Origin: Erysipelotrichaceae bacterium
GTDB taxonomy: Bacteria; Bacillota_I; Bacilli_A; Erysipelotrichales; Coprobacillaceae
Direction of reading: 5' to 3'
Length of the DNA stretch: 32,000 bases
Assembly: GCA_028698185.1 (NCBI GenBank)
Contig: JAQVDW010000008.1
Coordinates: 1 to 32,000, forward strand
The notes beneath the pieces were generated by a model. That model saw only the letters and a list, made by a program, of their open reading frames with translations, did not search any database and had not been told where the DNA came from. A program made the position numbers and the translations under genes. Below, one piece after another: positions 9,081 through 17,324 of the stretch. Position 1 is the first letter of the stretch; the number at the start of each line of letters is the position of its first letter.

Positions 9081-9116
9081 GTCAACTTAAGAATTTTTTC
9101 TTGAGTTGGCTTTTTT
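9081..9116 (+). terminator. Intrinsic terminator after the nitroreductase gene
   Basis: GTCAACTTAAG-aatttttt-CTTGAGTTGGC (two G-U pairs) followed by TTTTTT. Confidence 0.8.
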
Positions 9117-9521
9117 GTTTGTGCAGTTTGCGGGTGATCTGACAAATGATTTTTAGAAACTCAAACATCATCGAGCCTCCAGGAATTGGCTATCACTCGT
9201 CACTGAATGTTTGGTCAACTCCGACATTTGAAGATTATAAAAAATGTGTCTCATCCGTTGCTTGCACTCAGACAGTTCTCATTGCAACAATCTTTCTTTG
9301 CAGGTTCACAGTTAGGACTACCATGCAAATTATCCTGGCAAGGCTTGAATGGTTTTGCAACGCGGATGGCCCTACCTGCAGTATACCATTACCATTATAA
9401 GACTTGATTTTGACGGCAATAAGTTAATTTATCTTGATACAATCGCCATAAATCGAAGATATCGCTATCCAAAACGAAAACATGTTTAAGCCAGGGAAGT
9501 TATTTAAGTTGATTCCTTTTG

Positions 9522-9558
9522 CACCTTGATCTGGATTGTTCAGGTCTGGGTGTTTTTT
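9522..9558 (+). terminator. Orphan intrinsic terminator just upstream of the mtlF operator
   Basis: CACCTTGATCTG-gattgtt-CAGGTCTGGGTG (one mismatch, two wobbles) followed by TTTTTT. Confidence 0.7.
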
Positions 9559-9573
9559 CTACCCTAAGCAGTT

Positions 9574-9596
9574 TTGGCACTAATTGATGGGGCCAA
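9574..9596 (+). promoter_or_regulatory. Second copy of the TTGGC-N13-GCCAA operator, upstream of mtlF
   Basis: The element is TTTTGGCACTAATTGATGGGGCCAAATC. The 11-nt left flank and the 8-nt right flank are identical to the mtlA copy. Confidence 0.6.
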
Positions 9597-9613
9597 ATCA
9601 ACTTTGCAATAAA

Positions 9614-9642
9614 TTGAATTACAAGCGATTACATAGGATAAT
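9614..9642 (+). promoter_or_regulatory. mtlF operon promoter
   Basis: TTGAAT (9614-9619), a 17-nt spacer, GATAAT (9637-9642). Confidence 0.55.
9620..9633 (+). promoter_or_regulatory. cre-like (CcpA) site inside the mtlF promoter spacer
   Basis: TACAAGCGATTACA compared with the consensus TGWAANCGNTNWCA. The right half and the central CG are perfect, and the left half has two mismatches. Confidence 0.35.
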
Positions 9643-9670
9643 GGACTTGTAGAAAGAAAGGAGCACCGAA

Positions 9671-10132
9671 ATGTTTTTTAAGAAAAATAAACAGGCGGTA
9701 GAGAAACCGCCCTTACTGAAAAAAGAAAATATCATAATCAACGCCAAGGCGGCCGACAAAGACGATGCCATCAACCAGGTCGGAAAGATTTTGTTTGATA
9801 GCGGCTATGTGCTGCAAGAATATATCCAGGGTATGCACGAAAGAGAAAAGACCTTCGCGACATACATGGGCAACTATCTGGCGCTGCCCCATGGGGTGGA
9901 ACAGGTCAAGGATGCCATCGTCAATTCCGGAATCGCAATCATGATCTTCCCGGATGGTGTCGACTGGGACGGCAACGATGCCAAAATAGTGATCGGCATC
10001 GCCGGCAAAGGCGGCGAACACATGACCATCCTGGCGAATATAGCAACCAAGCTGATCGACATCAACGTTTGCGAACAGCTGATTGCCAGTGACCAGGACA
10101 CCATTTACGACATACTGACAAGCGAGGCCTAA
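9671..10132 (+). CDS. mtlF: PTS mannitol-specific EIIA component
   Basis: 153 aa with an AAAGGAG SD. The phospho-His context is YLALPHGVEQ. The overall pattern (KENI..N, GYV...Y, ER E, GIAGKGGEH) closely follows my recollection of B. subtilis MtlF. Confidence 0.85.
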   Translation: MFFKKNKQAVEKPPLLKKENIIINAKAADKDDAINQVGKILFDSGYVLQEYIQGMHEREKTFATYMGNYLALPHGVEQVKDAIVNSGIAIMIFPDGVDWDGNDAKIVIGIAGKGGEHMTILANIATKLIDINVCEQLIASDQDTIYDILTSEA

Positions 10133-10133
10133 G

Positions 10134-11060
10134 ATGATAATCACAATTACTATGAATCCCGCAGTGGATAAGACAATAACACTCGACCAGCTAGAACTGG
10201 GCGGATTGAGCCGGGTCAAATCAATCAAGCAGGACGCCGGTGGCAAAGGAATCAATGTTTCCAAGACAATCAAGGCATTGCACGGGGAATCCCTGGCATT
10301 GGGATTTGTCGGAGGCGAAAGCGGAACATTCATTGTCAAGGCATTGAATGAACTGGACATCAGACATGATTTTGTATACCTGGACCAGAATACCCGGGTT
10401 AACACGAAGGTGGTTGAAAACAGTGGCCGGGTCAGTGAAATAAATGAACCTGGACCGATCATCAACCGGGAAATGGTCGACTTGCTTTTGGAAAAGGTCA
10501 GAAAATATGCGGCAGAAGACGTTGTCTTTGTCCTTGCGGGATCGATTCCCCTTGGAGTGGACAAAGGAATCTACGGAAAGATCGTCGACATCGCCCATCT
10601 AAACGGGGCCAAGGTCATCCTGGATGCGGACGGCGACCTGTTCCGGGAATCGCTGCCTTCAAATCCCGACTATATCAAACCAAACCGCGAGGAATTGGAA
10701 AAATACGCCGGGCTGGACCACGAGGCATCAAAAGAGGAGCTGATCGCCATCGGTCAGGGACTCAAGGACAAGGGTATTGACAATGTCCTGATTTCACTGG
10801 GCAAAGAAGGGGCTTTGTTTTTGATGGAACGCAATGCGTTCGTGCCAGGACTCAAGGTAGTTGCCCAATCGACAGTCGGCGCCGGTGACGCGCTGGTCGG
10901 GGCGCTGGCTTACAGTGTCGAACACAAACTTGAACTAGAAGACCTGATCGAGCTGGCAATCGCCACTTCGGCTGGAGCAGTCACGACCCATGGAACCCAG
11001 CCACCAACGAATGAACTGGTCAACGAGCTCAAAAAACAAGTGAAAATTGAAATGTTATAG
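10134..11060 (+). CDS. 1-phosphofructokinase-family hexose-phosphate kinase (PfkB/FruK/LacC family)
   Basis: 308 aa. The N-terminus MIITITMNPAVDKT...DAGGKGINVS and the C-terminal anion-hole motif VGAGDALVGALAY are typical of FruK/LacC kinases. The start is 1 nt after the mtlF stop, with a GAGG SD inside the mtlF 3-prime end. Confidence 0.85.
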   Translation: MIITITMNPAVDKTITLDQLELGGLSRVKSIKQDAGGKGINVSKTIKALHGESLALGFVGGESGTFIVKALNELDIRHDFVYLDQNTRVNTKVVENSGRVSEINEPGPIINREMVDLLLEKVRKYAAEDVVFVLAGSIPLGVDKGIYGKIVDIAHLNGAKVILDADGDLFRESLPSNPDYIKPNREELEKYAGLDHEASKEELIAIGQGLKDKGIDNVLISLGKEGALFLMERNAFVPGLKVVAQSTVGAGDALVGALAYSVEHKLELEDLIELAIATSAGAVTTHGTQPPTNELVNELKKQVKIEML

Positions 11061-11096
11061 ATAGATAAAAAAAGATAGAAAATCGAGGAGAACAAG

Positions 11097-12362
11097 ATGA
11101 AAACTAGAGCAGTTAGAATGTACGGAGAAAATGATTTACGCTTGGAAGAATTTGAATTGCCACAGATCAAGGATGATGAAATCCTGGTTAAGGTTATGTC
11201 TGACAGTATCTGCATGTCAACCTACAAATTGGCTATCCAAGGTAAAAAACACAAGAGAGCACCCAAAAATATCGATACCAACCCGATCATCATCGGTCAT
11301 GAATTCGCGGGAGTTATCGTTGAAGTCGGAAAGAAATGGCAGGACCAGTTCAAACCGGGAATGAAATTCGCGCAACAGCCGGCATTGAACTACAAAGGTT
11401 CTCTGGCATCACCGGGTTATTCATATGAATTCTTCGGGGGAGCCTGCACTTATTGCATCATCCCACAAGAAGTAATGGAACTGGGATGTCTGATGGAATA
11501 TAAAGGAGAAAGTTTCTTCGAAGCTTCACTGGGGGAACCGATGTCATGTATCATCGGCGGTTACCATGCCAACTACCATACAAACAAACAGAACTACGAG
11601 CATGCGATGGGAACCAAAAAAGACGGGAACATCATCATTCTTGGAGGTTGTGGACCGATGGGTCTGGGTGCGATCTCTTACGGGCTGCAAATCGAAAACA
11701 GACCGCAACGGATTGTCGTTACGGATATCGACGATGCGAAAATCCAAAGAGCTCGCGAAGTTATCAGCGAACAGCAAGCCAAGGAGGCCGGAGTCGAACT
11801 GATCTATGTCAATACAGCCAAAATGGCCGACCAAGTAAAGGAACTCAAAGATCTTACCGACGGTCATGGTTATGATGATGTCTTTGTCTACATCCCGAAC
11901 CAGAAAGTGGCGGAACTAGGTGACCAGCTTATGGCCTTCGATGGTTGCTTGAACTTCTTCGCCGGACCGACTGACAGCAATTTCTCAGCCAAAATCAACC
12001 TTTACAATGTCCACTACACCGCAAGCAAGATCATCGGGTCGACCGGTGGGAACAACGATGATTTGATCGAAGCCAATGAACTGGCATCGAAAAAATTGAT
12101 CGAACCGGCCGTAATGGTAACCCATGTCGGTGGTATTGATTCAATTGCCCAAGCGACTCTCGACTTGCCAAATATTCCAGGTGGGAAAAAGCTGACTTAC
12201 ACCCAATTCGAAATGCCTCTGACTGCAATCGAAGATTTCAAGGAATTAGGAAAAACCGATCCTCTTTTCAAGAAGCTCGATGAAGCCTGCCAGGCAAACC
12301 GCGGACTATGGAGCAGCGAAGCGGAAAAAATCCTGTTCGATCATTATAACGTAACTTATTAA
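11097..12362 (+). CDS. Zn-dependent medium-chain dehydrogenase of the roughly 420-aa SorE/YggP (L-sorbose-1-phosphate reductase-like) type
   Basis: 421 aa with a GAGGAG SD. Motifs include DSICMSTYK, IIGHEFAGVIVEVGKKW, a Rossmann loop ILGGCGPMGLGA, FFAGPTD and PGGKKLTY. The length and motif order match my recollection of SorE and E. coli YggP, and not MtlD. Confidence 0.75.
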   Translation: MKTRAVRMYGENDLRLEEFELPQIKDDEILVKVMSDSICMSTYKLAIQGKKHKRAPKNIDTNPIIIGHEFAGVIVEVGKKWQDQFKPGMKFAQQPALNYKGSLASPGYSYEFFGGACTYCIIPQEVMELGCLMEYKGESFFEASLGEPMSCIIGGYHANYHTNKQNYEHAMGTKKDGNIIILGGCGPMGLGAISYGLQIENRPQRIVVTDIDDAKIQRAREVISEQQAKEAGVELIYVNTAKMADQVKELKDLTDGHGYDDVFVYIPNQKVAELGDQLMAFDGCLNFFAGPTDSNFSAKINLYNVHYTASKIIGSTGGNNDDLIEANELASKKLIEPAVMVTHVGGIDSIAQATLDLPNIPGGKKLTYTQFEMPLTAIEDFKELGKTDPLFKKLDEACQANRGLWSSEAEKILFDHYNVTY

Positions 12363-12369
12363 TGACACT

Positions 12370-12395
12370 GACGATCCTTATCGGGTCGTCTTTTT
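12370..12395 (+). terminator. Intrinsic terminator of the mtlF-kinase-dehydrogenase operon
   Basis: GACGATCC-ttatc-GGGTCGTC followed by TTTTT. Confidence 0.75.
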
Positions 12396-12453
12396 ATGTG
12401 GCAATATATTTTTTAATGGGGTAAAATCTAGATAACAAGGGAGGATTGGGGTT

Positions 12454-13152
12454 ATGAAAACAAGACTTAAATACATTATCGGCGGGATGATTTTGGCAGT
12501 TGCGCTTGCGCTGGGTGGGTTTCTAGTCTATGCCGGAGACTATTACCGCTGCGGTCCTGTTGCCGGTGCAATGATTGATGACCCTGATCTTATAAGATTT
12601 GACAACGGCGACATCTACCTGGAGGCGGGTGCCGGTGGCAGCGATAAGCTGATCATATTCTACCCGGGCGGTAAGGTCGGATATGAGGCCTACCTGCCCA
12701 TGGCAAAGATGATCGCCGACCAGGGGATTGGGGTTGTTGTCTGCAGGATGCCATTCAATCTGGCGGTATTCGACAAGGATCGGGCCCAGAAATATCTCGA
12801 CCGGTTTGACAGTGACACTTCCATATATCTGATGGGCCACTCGCTTGGCGGCGCCATGGCTTCCAGTTTTGCGAGCGAACATCAGGACGATGTCGCTGGA
12901 TTGATCCTTCTTGGCAGTTATCTTTACGGCAGCTATCCTGTGGAATCACAGCTCACCATTTACGGAAGCAATGACCTGGTCCTCAACCGCTCCAAGATTG
13001 ACTACACCTCGAATGTGGTCGTCATCGATGGAGGCAATCACAGCGGCTTTGGCGATTACGGACCTCAAAAAGGCGACGGCGTGGCAGAAATATCCTCGCA
13101 GCAACAACAGGTTCTAACCGTATCCGCCATCCTGGAATTTATCAGGGGATAA
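12454..13152 (+). CDS. Membrane-anchored alpha/beta-fold hydrolase
   Basis: 232 aa with a GGGAGGA SD. It has an N-terminal hydrophobic anchor (IIGGMILAVALALGGFLVYA) and a nucleophile elbow GHSLGG. Confidence 0.7.
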   Translation: MKTRLKYIIGGMILAVALALGGFLVYAGDYYRCGPVAGAMIDDPDLIRFDNGDIYLEAGAGGSDKLIIFYPGGKVGYEAYLPMAKMIADQGIGVVVCRMPFNLAVFDKDRAQKYLDRFDSDTSIYLMGHSLGGAMASSFASEHQDDVAGLILLGSYLYGSYPVESQLTIYGSNDLVLNRSKIDYTSNVVVIDGGNHSGFGDYGPQKGDGVAEISSQQQQVLTVSAILEFIRG

Positions 13153-13178
13153 AAAAACTGCAGCTGTTGCCGCAGTTT
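13151..13178 (-). terminator. Terminator of mnmA, shared convergent region with the hydrolase gene
   Basis: The ACTGCAGC-tgtt-GCCGCAGT hairpin has an A-run on the plus strand, which is a T-run after the hairpin on the minus strand. Confidence 0.65.
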
Positions 13179-14250
13179 AGTGGATAATTTTATTGATCAA
13201 TCCGCCTCCGAGGATGACACCTTGGTCATCGTAGAAGACCAGCGCCTGACCTGGAGTCATGGCCCGCTGGGCCTGGGTGAAGGTGCATAGATAGTTGTCC
13301 TTGTCAATTTTGGTGATGATACAGTCGCTAGGCTTTTGGGAATAGCGGGCCTTGGCCTTGGCTTTAAGATCGCCTTCAATCGATGCGATCCCCATGAAAT
13401 TGATCTGGTCGAACTGGCACGAAGAGGCATAAAGGTCTTCGTTATCGCCTAAAGTGATTTCGTTGGTCGTTGCATCGATGTCCACGACAAAGGCCTTCTT
13501 GTTGAGGTTGATGTCCAGTCCCTTGCGCTGACCAATGGTATAGCGGGCGATTCCCTTGTGCTTGCCGATGACATTGCCATCAGTATCGACATAATTGCCA
13601 GGGACGAATTCCTTATGGGTGAACTCCTCAATGAAGGTCACGTAATCCGATGTCTTGACGAAACATATCTCCTGGGAATCGTTTTTGGCGGCGATGCGCG
13701 CATTGATGTTCTTGGCAATTTCCCGGACATCTTCCTTCTCGTAATCTCCCAGCGGGAAAAGCGTGTGGGCAAGTTGTTCCTGGGTGAGGTTGAAAAGCAT
13801 ATAAGTCTGGTCTTTTGTGGCTGTTTTGGCATGTTTGATGGCAAAACGGCCATTTTCCATCTGAATGATTTTGGCGTAGTGGCCCGTCGCGATATAGTCG
13901 ACCTTTATCTGTTCCTGGTTGTGGAGCAGCATCGGCCACTTGATTTTGCGGTTGCAGACAACACACGGATTCGGGGTCCGGCCTCTTTGGTATTCATCGA
14001 CAAAGTATTCGATGACTTCCTTCTGGAACTCCGCTCGCTTGTCGATGACGATAAGTTCGATACCTAGTGTGTCGCACACCTTCTGGGCATCCTCGATTTC
14101 GGCCGATTGGCCTTGCGACTCGGGCAGGGTTATCATGTGCACACCGGTGACATGATATCCTTGTTGCAATAATAGATAGGCAGTAACCGATGAATCGACG
14201 CCACCGCTCATGCCTACAAGTACATGTTTTTTTTCCATATGTTCCTCCAT
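13177..14250 (-). CDS. mnmA: tRNA 2-thiouridine(34) synthase MnmA
   Basis: 357 aa. The PP-loop VLVGMSGGVDSSV, the NPCVVCN Cys motif and ATGHYA are present. The real start may be the ATG at 14238, which follows GGAGGA. Confidence 0.9.
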   Translation of the reverse strand: MEEHMEKKHVLVGMSGGVDSSVTAYLLLQQGYHVTGVHMITLPESQGQSAEIEDAQKVCDTLGIELIVIDKRAEFQKEVIEYFVDEYQRGRTPNPCVVCNRKIKWPMLLHNQEQIKVDYIATGHYAKIIQMENGRFAIKHAKTATKDQTYMLFNLTQEQLAHTLFPLGDYEKEDVREIAKNINARIAAKNDSQEICFVKTSDYVTFIEEFTHKEFVPGNYVDTDGNVIGKHKGIARYTIGQRKGLDINLNKKAFVVDIDATTNEITLGDNEDLYASSCQFDQINFMGIASIEGDLKAKAKARYSQKPSDCIITKIDKDNYLCTFTQAQRAMTPGQALVFYDDQGVILGGGLINKIIH

Positions 14251-14348
14251 TAAATCGCAGCTAAAAGATTTAAAAGATCTAAAGCCAAATGTACGTTTCC
14301 ACTATAACACAATTGAAAGAAAAGTAAACCCTAATAATTTTTGCGTGA

Positions 14349-14374
14349 AGAAAAAACATCCATGAAAGGATGTT
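14349..14374 (-). terminator. Terminator of the ABC importer operon
   Basis: On the minus strand: AACATCC-tttcat-GGATGTT followed by TTTTTCTT. Confidence 0.75.
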
Positions 14375-15171
14375 TAATCGACAAGGAGCATCCGGTCGTT
14401 TGCGAATGATTCGTGGGACACTTCTTCGAATTTGCGCAGGAGGTCCTCGACCGTAAGGTTCATTTTTTCTTCCCCGGAAACGTCATAGACAATCTGCCCC
14501 TGGTTCATCATGATCAGCCGGTTGCCGATGGCGATGGCGTCTTTCATGTTGTGGGTGACCATCAACGCGGTCAGGTTCTGTTCGGCTACGATTTCTTCAG
14601 TCAGTTCAAGCACTTTTTTGGCGGTGACTGGATCAAGTGCGGCCGTATGCTCGTCGAGCAGGAGAATCTTTGGTTTTTGCAGGGTCGCCATAAGCAACGT
14701 CAAGGCCTGGCGCTGCCCGCCTGAAAGCAACCCGACTTTAGAAGTCATCCGGTTTTCCAGGCCTAGCCCGAGCCGTTTCAATACTTCATGGTATTGTTGT
14801 TTCTCGCTGGCCTTGATTCCCCATGCAAGGGTTCTTCTTTTGCCGCGGCGGTTGGCCAGGGCGAGATTCTCGATGATTTCCAGATTGGTTGCGGTACCCA
14901 TCATCGGATCCTGGAATACCCGCCCGATGTTTGCGGCAATTTCATGTTCGCCTTTGAGCGAAACATCATTGTTGTCGAGATAGATATGGCCGCAATCGAT
15001 GCTGTAGACCCCGGCGATTGTGTTGAGCAAAGTCGATTTCCCCGCTCCGTTGCCGCCGATGATCGTGATGAAATCTCCGTCATTGACTGTCAAGGAGATG
15101 TTTTGAAGGGCCTTTTTCTCGTTGATTGTTCCCAAGTTGAACGTTTTGGAAATGTTACTTAGTTTCAGCAT
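14374..15171 (-). CDS. ABC transporter ATP-binding protein (COG1101-type partner of the COG2984/COG4120 system)
   Basis: Walker A GGNGAGKST, signature LSGGQRQ and Walker B ILLLDEHT. The ATG at 15171 lies 7 nt after AAGGAG. The ORF track starts it at TTG 15177. Confidence 0.85.
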   Translation of the reverse strand: MLKLSNISKTFNLGTINEKKALQNISLTVNDGDFITIIGGNGAGKSTLLNTIAGVYSIDCGHIYLDNNDVSLKGEHEIAANIGRVFQDPMMGTATNLEIIENLALANRRGKRRTLAWGIKASEKQQYHEVLKRLGLGLENRMTSKVGLLSGGQRQALTLLMATLQKPKILLLDEHTAALDPVTAKKVLELTEEIVAEQNLTALMVTHNMKDAIAIGNRLIMMNQGQIVYDVSGEEKMNLTVEDLLRKFEEVSHESFANDRMLLVD

Positions 15172-16081
15172 CTTCAAGCTCCTTTGTCATTTTTTTGTAT
15201 GTGGTGACCTGTCTTCGTTTGGCCAGATAGGTCGGAATGGCCAAAGCCACGGCAACCAGAATGGCGGTGAAAAGTTTCAGGTCATCGGTCGAAAGTCCGG
15301 CCTGGAGCACCAGGGTGATGATGATCCGATAGATGATTGAACCGGAAATGATCGCGGCTAGGGTGACCATAAAATTGGTTCCCTTAGAGATTAGGACTTC
15401 ACCGATTACAATCGAAGCCAGGGCCATGACAATCGCCCCGATCCCCATTTTGATGTCGGCATAACCCTGGGCCTGGGTGACAAGTCCGCCCGAAAGGGCG
15501 ATCAGGCCGTTGGAAATCATCAGTCCGATGATCTTTGTCGAGTTGGTGTTCACGCCAAGCGAACGGACCATCTTCTCATTGTTTCCGGTGGCCCGAATCG
15601 CGCTTCCCAGTTCGGTTCCAAAAAACCAGTAACTGATCATGATGATGACCACTGCAATCACAAGCCCGATTATCAAAACGATCCAGTTGTTTGACAGCCC
15701 GCCAATCGGGAAGTCCTTGAACAGGTTAGGGGTGTTGAGCAATGGGATGTTCGATCTCCCCATTATTCGAAGGTTGATCGAGTACAGCCCGATCTGTGAC
15801 AATATCCCGGCCAGGATGGCGGGAATATCGAATTTGGTGTGTAAGATTCCGGTTATTCCTCCGGCAATGAAACCGGAAACCGTGGCCATCAAAATGGCGA
15901 CGAAAGGATTGATTCCTGATGTCAACGCTACTGCGCAGACCGCTCCGCCTGTGGCAAAAGAGCCGTCTACCGTCAAATCAGCAATGTCCAAAAGTCTAAA
16001 AGTAATAAAAACGCCTAAGGCCATGATACCCCAAAGGATACCTTGACCTACAGCGCTTTGAATAGCAAGTAAAAAAGGCAT
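15155..16081 (-). CDS. ABC transporter permease (COG4120-type)
   Basis: 308-aa polytopic membrane ORF. Its start overlaps the stop of the upstream binding-protein gene (TAATG), and its 3-prime end overlaps the ATPase start. Confidence 0.85.
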   Translation of the reverse strand: MPFLLAIQSAVGQGILWGIMALGVFITFRLLDIADLTVDGSFATGGAVCAVALTSGINPFVAILMATVSGFIAGGITGILHTKFDIPAILAGILSQIGLYSINLRIMGRSNIPLLNTPNLFKDFPIGGLSNNWIVLIIGLVIAVVIIMISYWFFGTELGSAIRATGNNEKMVRSLGVNTNSTKIIGLMISNGLIALSGGLVTQAQGYADIKMGIGAIVMALASIVIGEVLISKGTNFMVTLAAIISGSIIYRIIITLVLQAGLSTDDLKLFTAILVAVALAIPTYLAKRRQVTTYKKMTKELEDAETK

Positions 16082-17046
16082 TATTCGACGATTACCGCTT
16101 CGGAACTCAAATCTGCGGGAATTGTGATTCCAAGCGCATCAGCAGTAGTCTGATTAATTGTAAGTTCGCATTCTTCTTTATTTAAATATACGATTGGCAT
16201 AGATGCCGGATTGGCTTGGTTTTTCAGGATTTCAACAGCTTGTTGACCAGCCAGTTTTCCAAGTTCATAGTAGTCGATTCCATAAGTGGCAAGCCCCCCG
16301 TTGGTAACCATTCCGGCTTCACCGACGATAGTAGGGATCTTGTTTTCGTTGCATACCATGGCAACTGTCTGCATTCCGTCAGCCAGCAAGTTGTCGGTAG
16401 GGATGTAGATGGCGTCAACTTTTCCTACAGCCGATTCAACAACTTGTTGGATCGCGTTTGATTCGGATACAGTGTATGGCTTATATGTCATTCCTGCCGC
16501 TTCAATTGCTTCTTTGGCAAGGTTTGCCTGGAAAATTGAGTTGTCCTCTGACGAGTTGTACATAACCCCGACAGTTTTGGCAGTTGGGATCAGTTGTTTG
16601 AGCAGGTCGATCTGTTCTTGAACAGGAGTCAGATCCGATGCCCCAGTGACGTTTGTCCCAGGGTTTTCGTTGCTTTGAACCAGTCCTGAAGATGCCGGAT
16701 CGGTAACGGCACTGACAACGATAGGGATATCGGTTGTTTTTGAAGCCGCCGATTGGGCTGCCGGAGTGGCAATGGCGTAGATCAGATCAACGCCGTCGTT
16801 GACGAATTTCGATGCGATCGAATCGCAGTTGGCGATATCGCCTTGAGCGTTCTGGTCGTCGTATGTTACTTCGATGCCCGCTTCTTCCAAGGCGTCTTTG
16901 AATCCTTCATTGGTGGCATCAAGGGCCGGATGTTGGACTAGCTGGATGATTCCAACTGTCTGCGTGTCTGCGGATGTGGAACTTCCACAAGCAGCTAATC
17001 CAAGCGCCAATGAAGATGCCAGTAATGACTTGAATATTTTCTTCAT
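16081..17046 (-). CDS. ABC transporter substrate-binding lipoprotein (ABC_sub_bind / COG2984 type)
   Basis: 321 aa. It has a signal peptide with lipobox LGLAACGSS, and GIIQLVQHPALD is typical of this family. It is the first gene of a three-gene operon on the minus strand. Confidence 0.85.
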   Translation of the reverse strand: MKKIFKSLLASSLALGLAACGSSTSADTQTVGIIQLVQHPALDATNEGFKDALEEAGIEVTYDDQNAQGDIANCDSIASKFVNDGVDLIYAIATPAAQSAASKTTDIPIVVSAVTDPASSGLVQSNENPGTNVTGASDLTPVQEQIDLLKQLIPTAKTVGVMYNSSEDNSIFQANLAKEAIEAAGMTYKPYTVSESNAIQQVVESAVGKVDAIYIPTDNLLADGMQTVAMVCNENKIPTIVGEAGMVTNGGLATYGIDYYELGKLAGQQAVEILKNQANPASMPIVYLNKEECELTINQTTADALGITIPADLSSEAVIVE

Positions 17047-17094
17047 ATTCTCTTCCTTCTCTTTCTCACTTGATTATCTAAAATAGATAACTAA

Positions 17095-17123
17095 ATATTA
17101 ATAAAATATCACATCCAAGTCAA
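17095..17123 (-). promoter_or_regulatory. Promoter of the ABC importer operon
   Basis: On the minus strand: TTGACT, a 17-nt spacer, TAATAT, about 45 nt upstream of the start codon. Confidence 0.55.
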
Positions 17124-17324
17124 TCATATTTAGCAAACGGCCAAATATCGTATCAGCTTTTTTTAAAATTGACGAAAGGCAGCAGAAAACCATATCGGTT
17201 GTAATACAAACTTTTGGGTGATAGACTGTGAGCGTTATAAGAATTTAACACCATTATTCTTGCTAGTTGACAATACCGGCTGTAACTCCTTTTAATAGCA
17301 CTTGTTGATATCGCGATAGCTATC

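Noticed and set aside
9146-9407. Plus-strand ORFs of 84 aa and 66 aa in the orphan intergenic region
   Set aside because: They have no SD, they overlap each other in different frames, and their composition is odd. I treat the region as non-coding or decayed and discuss it as a finding instead.
9713-10564. 283-aa minus-strand ORF spanning the mtlF-kinase junction
   Set aside because: It is antisense to two genes with strong family motifs, its product is low-complexity and unprotein-like, and it has no ribosome-binding site. It is a shadow ORF.
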